Source: Anaerolineales bacterium (GTDB taxonomy: Bacteria; Chloroflexota; Anaerolineae; Anaerolineales; Villigracilaceae). Taken from it: a stretch of DNA of 29,606 bases. The DNA lies in the NCBI GenBank assembly GCA_038249405.1, contig JBBRWF010000001.1:1-29606 (forward strand), given 5' to 3'. Both the position numbers and the translations under genes were made by a program. Positions 1 through 8,838 of this stretch are shown piece after piece. The notes below the pieces were generated by a model. The model saw nothing but the letters and a program-made list of their open reading frames with translations, did no database searches and had not been told where the DNA came from. How positions within the stretch are numbered: position 1 is the stretch's first letter; each line of letters begins with the position of its first letter.

Positions 1-412
1 CCGCCAGCACGATGCCGTAAACGGCAATGGAGGCGATGGCGGTTACATAGAGCACACCCACATCCACATTAGCGATGTAGAGGTTGATGGTGCGCCCGAA
101 AGCCTGGAAACTGGGGCCCCAGGGCACAGTGGCCGTAATGACCACCGCGGGGACCACCGTGACAATTGGGGCAATAATAAACAGAATCTTCTCGGCCTGA
201 TCTGGAATTAATTCTTCCTTGAAGATCAGTTTGACAGCGTCTGCAATGGGCTGCAGCAGGCCGAATTTACCGGCACGATTTGGCCCATAACGGACCTGCA
301 TGCGCGAGAGTGCCTTGCGTTCGTACCAGGTGAGGTAAGCGAAACCGGTCAAAAGTATCATGACCAGAATAAACGACTTGATCACCCATTCGAGAAATAA
401 ACCCCAGTCCAT
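1..412 (-). CDS. nuoH: NADH-quinone oxidoreductase subunit H (5' part, runs off the window edge; not in ORF track)
   Basis: Hand translation from ATG at 412: MDWGLFLEWVIKSFILVMILLTGFAYLTWYERKALSRMQVRYGPNRAGKFGLLQPIADAVKLIFKE. This contains the NuoH ERK...R.GPNR.G..GLLQPIAD..KL..KE motif. Starts 3 nt after the nuoG stop. Confidence 0.96.
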   Translation of the reverse strand, partial: MDWGLFLEWVIKSFILVMILLTGFAYLTWYERKALSRMQVRYGPNRAGKFGLLQPIADAVKLIFKEELIPDQAEKILFIIAPIVTVVPAVVITATVPWGPSFQAFGRTINLYIANVDVGVLYVTAIASIAVYGIVLA

Positions 413-415
413 TGA

Positions 416-2839
416 TTAACTCCTCTCGCCCACAGTGATCGCCACTGCCACCGGCGCAGAAATGGGGAAGCCAAAACTGCGATGAACCAGGACAACGCCA
501 GTGGAGATGGATTCGTCAAACTTGACGGTCACAACCTGAGCGGATCCGTTAAGGTTGATGTGAGCCTGGGCACCGTTGGAAATACCCAATTTTTCGGCGG
601 TCTGTGGATGCAGGCAGACGGTTGGCGCGCCGATATGGCTGGCGAGCAGCTTTGCCGGGGTAACCGTGGAACCCATATCGTACAGTTTTGTAACCGGCAC
701 CGCCAGCAGTTCACCTTCTTTGGGACGCAACAGTGAGGCAGCAGCAGGAGTGGACACATGACCGGAGTCGTTAATCCCAAGATGGACGCCCAGGCCCTGT
801 GTGTTCTCATAAGAAGTGCCGCCGTAATACAAGTCGCCGCGGCCAACGACAGGCCATTGAGCGGATACTTCGGCCAGCTTGTTGTAAGTGACGCCCGCAA
901 AGGCTTTCTCGGCAGAGGCAAGTTTATTCATTACCAACAGGGAAGAACGACCTTCCAACTCTGTTCCGCATTTCCTGGCAATCGCCGCGATCAGCGCAAA
1001 ATCGGCGAGGGTACCGGGGCGGGCAGGGACAGCCGGGGTGAAACGCTGCACGCGGCGTTCGCCGGAAGTGTAGGTGCCTTCGCGCTCGGTGTAAGACGCG
1101 GCTGGCAATATAATTTCGGCCAGGGCGGTGGTGGCGTTGGGAAGAATATCCTGGGCAATGACGGCCTTCGCGGCTTTGAGGGCTTCGGCAAGGCGCGGAT
1201 CATCACCAGCCGGGTCGGCGGCAATCACATAAACGGTTTTACCCTGCAGGGCAGCGGCAAGATCGGCTGCCGGGCGGAAGTCGAGTTCCCAGGCTCCCTG
1301 CGTATTGGGCGCAGACCAGACACCCACCAGGCCGTTGTTGGCTTTGCCAGCGCGTTCACGCACCAGGTCGGAACAGGCGGCAGCCAGGGAAGAGGTACCC
1401 TCCAGACCGAGGCCGTCAGAACCAAAGAAAACGACCAGGTTGGATGCGCCGGTGAGGGTTTCGCCAATTTTATCCTTGCGGCTAAGGGCTTTGACAGTCT
1501 CAATTTCATCGCCATACGCGTAGCGCACCACAAAGGTGGCAAATTCGTCCAGTTTGGTAGCGCGTGCGGTGGCTACGATGACTGTTGCACCACGGCTGGC
1601 GGCCGCTTTGACACGCAAGTGCCAGATGGGTGCCTCGTTGTATAAATCAGATGCGACCACCAGCAAAGTATCACCCTTGCCGAGATCACCAAGGTTCGAA
1701 CCTTCAGTCAAACCGCAGGCAGTGGTGTACTCGCCGCCGCCCATGGCAGTGTATAAGTAAGTTTGCGCGCCCAGCCCTGCGGCCAATTGCTTGAGATTGT
1801 ATAAATCTTCGTTAGCAAGGCGCCCACCAGCCAAAATAACCGCGTCAGATTTTGCGGCGGCCAGTTTTTCGGCGGCGCGCGCAACAGCAGTTTCGAGTTG
1901 GGCGGCTTCCAGACTCAAGCGGGAAGCAGATTCGGTATAGTGGTAGCTGGCAAAACGGCCCTTGTCGCACATCCAGATCTCATTGACCTGTTCATTCTGG
2001 CGCGGCAAAGCGCGTTTGATAACGTAGGCACCAGCTGATTTGGCTTCGCGGCGCACGTTGAAAGTTACGTTGCAGCCTACCGGGCATTGCGAGCAAACCG
2101 AGGCAGCGTTCATCAGTTCCCAGGGGCGCGCACCAAAGCGGAAATCGGCTGTGGTCAGTGCGCCAACCGGGCAAATATCGGTGGTGTTGCCGGAGAAAAT
2201 CGAATCGAAACCGGGGTCAGAAAATGTGACGATATCTGTGGCGCGGCCGCGGCTGTAAAAGCCAAGCACCGGCTCGCCAGCGATTTTGTCCTGGAAGCGA
2301 ATGCAGCGCGCGCACTGAATGCAGCGCTCGCGGTCCAGGAAGATCAAATCGCCCAGGGCAACATGTTTTTCCTGATGTTGTTTCTCATCAAAAATAAAGC
2401 GGCTCGTAGAAGAACCGTGCGCCATGGTGAGGTTTTGCAGGGGACATTCACCGCCCTTGTCGCAGATGGGACAATCCAACGGGTGATTGGTGAGTAACAG
2501 TTCCAGGATTTCCCGCTGACCTGCTTTGGCTTTTTCGGTACTGGTCAGGACAGACATACCTTCGGAAACAGGATTGGTGCAGGCTGTTTCAAGCTTGGGC
2601 ATATACTGCATTTTGGGCGCGCCTTTTTCGTCCAGCACAGGCTGGCCGGTGGCGCGGTCAATTATCGGACGACCAATTTCCACCAGGCACTGGCGGCACA
2701 TACCCACCGGTTCCATCTTGGGGTGATAGCAAAAGACTGGGATATCAATGTCTACTTTTTTGGCGGCATCAACAACCAGCGTTCCTTCCGGAACGGTTAC
2801 TTTAATATTATCAATGGTAAGGTTGACCATTTTGGACAT
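416..2839 (-). CDS. nuoG: NADH-quinone oxidoreductase subunit G
   Basis: Fe-S motifs FCYHP...GMCRQC...ACT, HPLDCPICDKGGEC, CIQCARC...ICPVGAL and CSQCPVGC...CDKGR. Start taken at MSKMV (2839), just after the nuoF stop; the ORF track start is 2854. Confidence 0.96.
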   Translation of the reverse strand: MSKMVNLTIDNIKVTVPEGTLVVDAAKKVDIDIPVFCYHPKMEPVGMCRQCLVEIGRPIIDRATGQPVLDEKGAPKMQYMPKLETACTNPVSEGMSVLTSTEKAKAGQREILELLLTNHPLDCPICDKGGECPLQNLTMAHGSSTSRFIFDEKQHQEKHVALGDLIFLDRERCIQCARCIRFQDKIAGEPVLGFYSRGRATDIVTFSDPGFDSIFSGNTTDICPVGALTTADFRFGARPWELMNAASVCSQCPVGCNVTFNVRREAKSAGAYVIKRALPRQNEQVNEIWMCDKGRFASYHYTESASRLSLEAAQLETAVARAAEKLAAAKSDAVILAGGRLANEDLYNLKQLAAGLGAQTYLYTAMGGGEYTTACGLTEGSNLGDLGKGDTLLVVASDLYNEAPIWHLRVKAAASRGATVIVATARATKLDEFATFVVRYAYGDEIETVKALSRKDKIGETLTGASNLVVFFGSDGLGLEGTSSLAAACSDLVRERAGKANNGLVGVWSAPNTQGAWELDFRPAADLAAALQGKTVYVIAADPAGDDPRLAEALKAAKAVIAQDILPNATTALAEIILPAASYTEREGTYTSGERRVQRFTPAVPARPGTLADFALIAAIARKCGTELEGRSSLLVMNKLASAEKAFAGVTYNKLAEVSAQWPVVGRGDLYYGGTSYENTQGLGVHLGINDSGHVSTPAAASLLRPKEGELLAVPVTKLYDMGSTVTPAKLLASHIGAPTVCLHPQTAEKLGISNGAQAHINLNGSAQVVTVKFDESISTGVVLVHRSFGFPISAPVAVAITVGERS

Positions 2840-2843
2840 ATCG

Positions 2844-4112
2844 TTATTTCCCATCCGCTTTTACGACAGCGGCGAAATCCTCAGGGAAACGTTCCAGCGC
2901 CGAGGTAACGGCCATCGTAGAAAAATCGCCCAGGGCGCACAGACACTTCCCATTAACCTGCGTGGCGACATTTTTGAGAAGTTGCAAGTCTGCGTTTGTT
3001 CCCTGGCCGTGGTGAATGCGGTCTATGATATGCAGCATCCAGTAATTGCCGTCACGGCAAGGGGTGCATTTACCGCAGGATTCGTGTTTGAAGAAATGCA
3101 CGGTCTTGTCGATGACCCAATCCATGCTGTGAGTGTCATCGATCACGATCACTGAGGCAGAACCCAGGAGAGAGCCGACACTTTGAACGTTTTCATAGTC
3201 CATGGGCGTATCCATGACTTTATCAAAGGTGCTGTCATCGACACGAATAATGGATGATGACGCGCCGGCGGGCATGATGGCTCTGAGCTTGCGCCCATCC
3301 GGAATACCGCCGCCATGCGTATAAAGCAACTCGCGGAAGGTGGTTCCGAGGGGAAGTTCATAATTGCCGGGTTTGTTGACGTTACCAGAAAGCGAGAAAA
3401 TCTTGATGCCCGCGCTTTTCTCGGTACCCAGCGATTTATACCAACCGGCGCCTTTTTCAATGATAAAAGGCAGGTTGGTGAGGGTTTCAACATTGTTAAT
3501 CACTGTGGGCTTGCTGTACAGACCAACGAGCGCCGGGAAAGGCGGGCGCACACGCGGCTGCCCGCGTTTGCCTTCGATGGACTCAAGCAGGGCAGTTTCT
3601 TCACCGCAGATGTAGGCGCCAGCACCCAGGTGAGTCTTGAGGCGCAGCGAGTAGCTGCTGCCAAAAAGATTATCACCCAACGCACCGGCCTTTTCCATTT
3701 GCAGGATGCAGTCATCCAGAAAGAGTTGGACTTGCTGGAACTCGCCGCGCAAGTAAACATAGCCTTCCTGAGCGCCTACGGCGTAACAGGCAATGGCGAC
3801 CCCTTCGAGGAATTGGAAGGGATTGCTTTCCATGATCTCACGATCTTTGAAAGTACCTGGCTCGGATTCGTCGGCGTTGCAGACCACATAGTGCGGCCAG
3901 ATGTTGTTGGGCAGGAATGACCACTTGACACCGGTGGGGAAACCCGCACCACCGCGCCCACGCAGCCCGGAAGCCTTGACCTCATCCACAACCTGTTGGG
4001 GCTGCATGGATGTAACGACCTTCTTGAAGTTCTCAAAACCGCCATTTTTCTTATAAACTTCGATATTGTTGATATCTGGAATATCGCGATGCCGCAAAAT
4101 GAAGTGAGACAT
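2844..4112 (-). CDS. nuoF: NADH-quinone oxidoreductase subunit F
   Basis: GLRGRGGAGFPTG, NADESEPGTFKDR, GAGAYICGEETALLESIEG and CGKCTPC...C motifs. Confidence 0.97.
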   Translation of the reverse strand: MSHFILRHRDIPDINNIEVYKKNGGFENFKKVVTSMQPQQVVDEVKASGLRGRGGAGFPTGVKWSFLPNNIWPHYVVCNADESEPGTFKDREIMESNPFQFLEGVAIACYAVGAQEGYVYLRGEFQQVQLFLDDCILQMEKAGALGDNLFGSSYSLRLKTHLGAGAYICGEETALLESIEGKRGQPRVRPPFPALVGLYSKPTVINNVETLTNLPFIIEKGAGWYKSLGTEKSAGIKIFSLSGNVNKPGNYELPLGTTFRELLYTHGGGIPDGRKLRAIMPAGASSSIIRVDDSTFDKVMDTPMDYENVQSVGSLLGSASVIVIDDTHSMDWVIDKTVHFFKHESCGKCTPCRDGNYWMLHIIDRIHHGQGTNADLQLLKNVATQVNGKCLCALGDFSTMAVTSALERFPEDFAAVVKADGK

Positions 4113-4618
4113 TATTTCATCTCCTTGGCGTGCCCGGAAACCCTGAGAGCTTCAACGAGTTCCATTGTGCGGTCAACGGTCATATTTTCGTAATAGGTGA
4201 CCTTATCGCCATCCTGCAACTGGAACATGGGAGCTTTATCGCAGGCTGCCAGGCACATGACGGCTTCCACGGTTACCATGCCATCGGGCGTGGTCTCGCC
4301 GACTTTGACACCCAGGTTCTGGCAAAGAGCATCTAGAAATTTATCGGCACCACGTAAAGCACAGGGCAGATCGTTGCAAACCTGCATGCGATATTTGCCA
4401 GCTTTTTCGTCATGATAGAGGGTGTAAAAACCGACGATCGAGGCTACTTCGGTCACATCCAGATCGAGCATACGGGCAATTTCTGCCATGCTTTCCTTGG
4501 TGATATAACCGCCTTCGCGCTGAGCCAGATACAGCAACGGCATGACTGCCGAGCGTTTGACAGGGTATTTGGCGAAAATCGCCTTTACTTCTTGTGGATA
4601 CATATCGGCGAGACTCAT
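4112..4618 (-). CDS. nuoE: NADH-quinone oxidoreductase subunit E
   Basis: VASIVGFYTLY, CNDLPC and CLAAC 2Fe-2S motifs; overlaps nuoD and nuoF at both ends. Confidence 0.96.
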   Translation of the reverse strand: MSLADMYPQEVKAIFAKYPVKRSAVMPLLYLAQREGGYITKESMAEIARMLDLDVTEVASIVGFYTLYHDEKAGKYRMQVCNDLPCALRGADKFLDALCQNLGVKVGETTPDGMVTVEAVMCLAACDKAPMFQLQDGDKVTYYENMTVDRTMELVEALRVSGHAKEMK

Positions 4619-5844
4619 CGGTCAATATCTCCCAAAACAATGTCAACAGAGCCAATGATTGCCACAAGATCGGCAACCAGAAAACCCTTTGCAAGGACAG
4701 GTAAAACCTGAAGATTATCAAATGATGGAGTGCGGAAGTGGATACGCATAGGCTTGGGACCGCCATCGCTTTCAATAAAGACACCCAATTCACCTCGCGG
4801 CGATTCAACCGCAGTGTAAATAGCGCCGCGCGGGGCGTTAAAGCCTTCGGTCCAGAGTTTGAAGTGGTGGATGAGGGCTTCCATGCTGGTAGCAATCATG
4901 GAACGAGGCGGGGGGACAAATTTATAATTATTTGAACGCACGGGACCCATGGGGAGCTTATCCATGGCCTGCTGGACAATGCGCACAGACTGGCGCATTT
5001 CTTCTATACGCACCAGGTAGCGCGCTTGTACGTCGCCTTCGGAGCGCAGCGGAACATCAAAATCGTATTGCTCGTAACCCGAATAAGGGGCAAATTTGCG
5101 AAGATCGTAGTTGACACCCGAACCACGCAGCGTGGCACCGGTGAGACCCCAGTTGACGGCATCTTTGGCGGAAATGACACCGATGCCTACTGTGCGGTCA
5201 ATAAACAGTGGGTTTTTGGTCAACAAGGATTCGTATTCGTCAATGCGCTTGGTGATGATCTTAAGGAAGTTACGAACAGCCGCTTCGAACTCGACCGGAA
5301 CATCACGCCAAACACCGCCAGGGCGGATGTAGGTGGTCATCATGCGCTGCCCGGAAACCAGTTCGAGGATATCCAGGATTATCTCGCGATCACGGAAGCA
5401 ATACATAAAGTTTGACATGGCCGCCAGGTCAAGCGCGGAAGTGCCAAGCCAGACCATGTGAGAGGAGATACGCTTGAGTTCTGCCAAAATAACACGCAGA
5501 GCCTGGGCGCGCACGGGAACATCCAGCCCTACCAGCTTTTCAACAGCCAGACAGTAGGCCAGGTTGTTGCCAACCGTGTTCATGTAGTCCAGGCGGTCGG
5601 TCATGACTTCGGCCTTCTGGTAGGTCTTGGCTTCCATGTTCTTTTCGATACCGGTATGCAGGAAACCAATATCAGGGATGGCATTGAGCACGGTTTCGCC
5701 ATCCAGTTCAAGCAGTAAACGCAGCACACCGTGCGTGGATGGGTGCTGGGGACCCATGTTAAGCAGCATCGTCTCGCCCTGTAAGGCGCGATCGGATACG
5801 AGGTGTGTCATACCATCAAGAGTGACTTCTTCTATCTGGGCCAT
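4615..5844 (-). CDS. nuoD: NADH-quinone oxidoreductase subunit D
   Basis: LNMGPQHPSTHGVLRL, IGFLHTGIEK, DRLDY, ESPRGELG and C-terminal GDIDR. Confidence 0.97.
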   Translation of the reverse strand: MAQIEEVTLDGMTHLVSDRALQGETMLLNMGPQHPSTHGVLRLLLELDGETVLNAIPDIGFLHTGIEKNMEAKTYQKAEVMTDRLDYMNTVGNNLAYCLAVEKLVGLDVPVRAQALRVILAELKRISSHMVWLGTSALDLAAMSNFMYCFRDREIILDILELVSGQRMMTTYIRPGGVWRDVPVEFEAAVRNFLKIITKRIDEYESLLTKNPLFIDRTVGIGVISAKDAVNWGLTGATLRGSGVNYDLRKFAPYSGYEQYDFDVPLRSEGDVQARYLVRIEEMRQSVRIVQQAMDKLPMGPVRSNNYKFVPPPRSMIATSMEALIHHFKLWTEGFNAPRGAIYTAVESPRGELGVFIESDGGPKPMRIHFRTPSFDNLQVLPVLAKGFLVADLVAIIGSVDIVLGDIDR

Positions 5845-5846
5845 AG

Positions 5847-6371
5847 TTACTCTCCGCGCCTGTTTTTGGCGTACGGTTTGCGGACATCAATTTCGTCAAA
5901 GTTAAAGGAGAATTGGGGCTCTTCGTAGCCAAGGGGGTAATCCTTGCGCAGCGGATGGCCTTCCCAGTCGTGCGGCATGAGGATTCGGCGCAGATCGGAA
6001 TGGCCCGCGAAGGTGATGCCGAACATATCGTAGATTTCGCGTTCGTGCCAGTTGGCGTTGTGGTAGACACCTTCAATGGTAGCCACCTGAGGTGAAATTG
6101 CCGGGACCGGCACGCGGACATTGAGTGTCTGGTGATTGGCAATTGCCGTAAAGCGATAGAACAGGTGAAAGCGCGGGTTTTCTTCCGGGAAGTAATCAAC
6201 AGCTGTCATAACGGAGAGCAGGTCAAAACCCAGCTCATCGTGGATCATTCTGGCAGCATCAGCAATTTTTTCCGCGGGCAAGATTACGCTGGTTTCCCCG
6301 GCAAATTCAATTGTCTGGCCATTGAATTTATTGACCAATTTCTCAATGGTTGAGGAAGGAGTTTCATTCAT
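5847..6371 (-). CDS. nuoC: NADH-quinone oxidoreductase subunit C
   Basis: ANWHEREIYDMFGITFAGHSDLRRILMPHDWEGHPLRKDYPL. Confidence 0.97.
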   Translation of the reverse strand: MNETPSSTIEKLVNKFNGQTIEFAGETSVILPAEKIADAARMIHDELGFDLLSVMTAVDYFPEENPRFHLFYRFTAIANHQTLNVRVPVPAISPQVATIEGVYHNANWHEREIYDMFGITFAGHSDLRRILMPHDWEGHPLRKDYPLGYEEPQFSFNFDEIDVRKPYAKNRRGE

Positions 6372-6372
6372 G

Positions 6373-6855
6373 TTACGCCCAGTCCTTCATCTTTTCACGG
6401 CGTACTTTTTCGTGCAGCGTCACCACCCCATGGATAAGGGCTTCGGGGCGCGGCGGGCAGCCAGCCACATACACGTCGACAGGCACAACCTCATCCACGC
6501 CCTGGACGATGGCATAGTTATTGAACACGCCACCGCAAGAGGCGCAGTCGCCCATGGCGATGACCCACTTAGGATCGGGCATTTGATCGTACAGGCGACG
6601 CACTACGGGGGCCATTTTACGCGAAACGCGCCCGGCCACAATCATCAGGTCACTCTGACGAGGGCTGGGGCGCATCAATTCCATCCCGAAGCGGCTCATA
6701 TCGTAGTTGGCGGCCTGCGCCGACATCATCTCAATCGCGCAACATGCCAGGCCAAACAACATAGGCCACATAGCATTGGTACGGCTCCAGTTAACAAGGT
6801 CTTCCAGGCGGGCAGTCACCACGCCCATATTCCCAAGCTTTTGTTCTATTCCCAT
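6373..6855 (-). CDS. nuoB: NADH-quinone oxidoreductase subunit B
   Basis: [27 protein letters not shown] and VAGCPPRPE. Start taken at MGIEQ (6855), which has AAGGAG upstream. Confidence 0.97.
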   Translation of the reverse strand: MGIEQKLGNMGVVTARLEDLVNWSRTNAMWPMLFGLACCAIEMMSAQAANYDMSRFGMELMRPSPRQSDLMIVAGRVSRKMAPVVRRLYDQMPDPKWVIAMGDCASCGGVFNNYAIVQGVDEVVPVDVYVAGCPPRPEALIHGVVTLHEKVRREKMKDWA

Positions 6856-7217
6856 TCCAGCGCTCCTTTCTTCCAAGCATAAGCATAGCCTACCAGTAAA
6901 ATAACGATGAAAACCAGCATTTCAGCCAGCATGAAAAGCCCCTGGCCGGCTTTAACAAAACTATTAAAGACGAGCGCCCAGGGGATGAAGAATACGACTT
7001 CAATGTCAAACAGGATGAACAGCACGGCAATCAGGTAAAAGCGCACCGGTATGCGGCGTGTGCCGGGGCCGATGGGGTTCATACCAGATTCGTAAGGCAT
7101 GGATTTCTTGCCGGTTGGGCGCTTTGGTCCAAAAATAGCGCCCAAAACGATCGCGATAATCCCGACAAGCGTGGTCAGCGCGATAAATACCGCAATTGCA
7201 ATATATTCTAGCAACAT
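6846..7217 (-). CDS. nuoA: NADH-quinone oxidoreductase subunit A
   Basis: [23 protein letters not shown] and [10 protein letters not shown]. Start taken at MLLEY (7217), which has GGGAG upstream. Confidence 0.96.
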   Translation of the reverse strand: MLLEYIAIAVFIALTTLVGIIAIVLGAIFGPKRPTGKKSMPYESGMNPIGPGTRRIPVRFYLIAVLFILFDIEVVFFIPWALVFNSFVKAGQGLFMLAEMLVFIVILLVGYAYAWKKGALEWE

Positions 7218-7256
7218 AAACACGACTCCCATGTGGGGTTGAGACAGGATTGGCGT

Positions 7257-7285
7257 AGTATAACATAGGATAATCTCAGTGTGAA
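7257..7285 (-). promoter_or_regulatory. Putative sigma70 promoter of the nuo operon
   Basis: Minus strand reads TTCACA-N17-TATACT with an extended -10 TG, about 40 nt upstream of the nuoA ATG. Confidence 0.6.
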
Positions 7286-7498
7286 TTTTCACAAAGCCAA
7301 AATTATAAGCAATTTCAATTTTGGCGAATAAAATCAGTTTTTTGCAGCGGGTGCTGGTTTGAGGGCTTGATTTTCATGCTTGCTTGCTTTAGACTGCAAA
7401 ATAGAGAACAAATAGACCTGACAAAACCGAAATTAAGCTTGTTTTTAATGGTACCTTTTGCCTTTTATGGTATGATTTTCTTACTTATAGGAAACCTG

Positions 7499-7870
7499 AT
7501 GGAAGATAAAATTACAATTATCGAAGGCCCCACCCCCATATTTGAACCTGTCCAGGATGGCTGGGCACTGGGATTGAATGAGACTCGCCAGTTCTCAATC
7601 ACCGCGCTGACGCGCTTGAGAACATTTAACGGCCCGGCATTGGTGGAACGTTGTTACAGGCAGTGGAACCAGCGCCAACCAATCAAACTGCATTACCGCG
7701 ATGAAACCGGCCTGGAAACATCCGCCCCAATCCTGGCAGCCCGCTCTGTGGAAACCGATGATGGGCACATGCTGCTACTCTGGCTGCACATCGAGCGGGA
7801 TGACATGGAACTTGAAATTGATACAGACGATGATACAGATGTAGATGACGATTTCGATCTGCTGGAATAG
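7499..7870 (+). CDS. Hypothetical protein (123 aa) with a very acidic C-terminal tail
   Basis: MEDKITIIEGPTPIFEP...EIDTDDDTDVDDDFDLLE. Fills the gap divergent from nuoA, with TGgTATGAT upstream. The ORF-track start at 7367 is probably too early. Confidence 0.75.
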   Translation: MEDKITIIEGPTPIFEPVQDGWALGLNETRQFSITALTRLRTFNGPALVERCYRQWNQRQPIKLHYRDETGLETSAPILAARSVETDDGHMLLLWLHIERDDMELEIDTDDDTDVDDDFDLLE

Positions 7871-8020
7871 CCGTACCGATCCAGATCTGACATAAAACAT
7901 TGACTCTTCCCGACCCTGAAAGGTCATGGGAGCGTATTATTCTTAAGAGTTGTATGCGCCCTGCGTGTACAACTCTTGCTATACCCAAGAATAACAGTCC
8001 ACCTACCAGGCAGAAAAACG

Positions 8021-8791
8021 ATGAGCATGATCCGTTCGGAAATGAATGACCATGTACTGCTCCTGACGATTGACCGGCCCAAAGCCAACGCCTTCAACCT
8101 GGAGTTAATCAGCGAACTGCAAGTCTGCTTCAAACAGGCCGCCAGAGATGCGCAAACCCGCGCGGTGGTATTAACCGGCGCCGGGAGAGTTTTTGGCGCA
8201 GGCCAGGATATTGAGGAGATCAGGGCAGGCGGAGAGAATTTATCTTTCCGGGAACACCTGTTAAGAACGTACAATCCGCTCATTCTGCAAATTCGCCAGA
8301 TCGAGAAACCGGTGATCGCGGCCATCAACGGGCCGTGCGCAGGAGCTTCGCTGGGGATTGCCCTGGCGTGCGATTTGCGCATCGCCGCGGACAGCGCAAG
8401 ATTTGTGGTGGGGTTTGGCGGAATTGGACTGGCTCCAGATTCTGGCGTATCGCTGCTGTTACCGGTCTTGATCGGCCTGGGCCGCAGTCTGGAATTCAGC
8501 TTTAGTAACCAGCCCATTTCCGCCGATAAAGCGCTGGAATGGGGGCTGGTAAATAAGGTAGTTGCGTTTGAGGAGCTTGCCAGTTCAGCCATGACAGACG
8601 CGAGCGAACTTGCCCGAGGGCCAGTAGGCGCATTTGGCCTGGCAAAGCGCACCTTTAACAAAGCAGTTTTGCCAAACCTGGAAGAAGTGCTCGAATATGA
8701 AAGTTTCATCCAGGAAGTGGCAGGGCACCGCCCGGAACATAAAGAGGGCGTGGCTGCATTTTTAGAAAAAAGAGCCCCCAAATTTATTTGA
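8021..8791 (+). CDS. Enoyl-CoA hydratase/isomerase (crotonase) family, PaaG-like
   Basis: TIDRPKANAF, LTGAGRVFGAGQD, KPVIAAINGPCAGA and GLAPDSG (Asp rather than the two hydratase Glu, as in PaaG-type isomerases); C-terminal EGVAAFLEKRAPKF. Confidence 0.88.
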   Translation: MSMIRSEMNDHVLLLTIDRPKANAFNLELISELQVCFKQAARDAQTRAVVLTGAGRVFGAGQDIEEIRAGGENLSFREHLLRTYNPLILQIRQIEKPVIAAINGPCAGASLGIALACDLRIAADSARFVVGFGGIGLAPDSGVSLLLPVLIGLGRSLEFSFSNQPISADKALEWGLVNKVVAFEELASSAMTDASELARGPVGAFGLAKRTFNKAVLPNLEEVLEYESFIQEVAGHRPEHKEGVAAFLEKRAPKFI

Positions 8792-8838
8792 CCTTTTGCC
8801 AAGACGCGGGCTGCCTGCGTTCTGGATGGAATGAGAAC

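Noticed and set aside
758-1645. 295-aa plus-strand ORF inside nuoG (and similar ORFs at 3315-3920, 7924-8874, 20788-21399, 26455-27129)
   Set aside because: They fully overlap well-supported genes on the opposite strand and show no family motifs.
7900-7932. Riboswitch-like stem (GACC-CTGAAA-GGTC) upstream of the PaaG-like gene
   Set aside because: The stem is short and I cannot match it to the conserved core of any riboswitch class I know.
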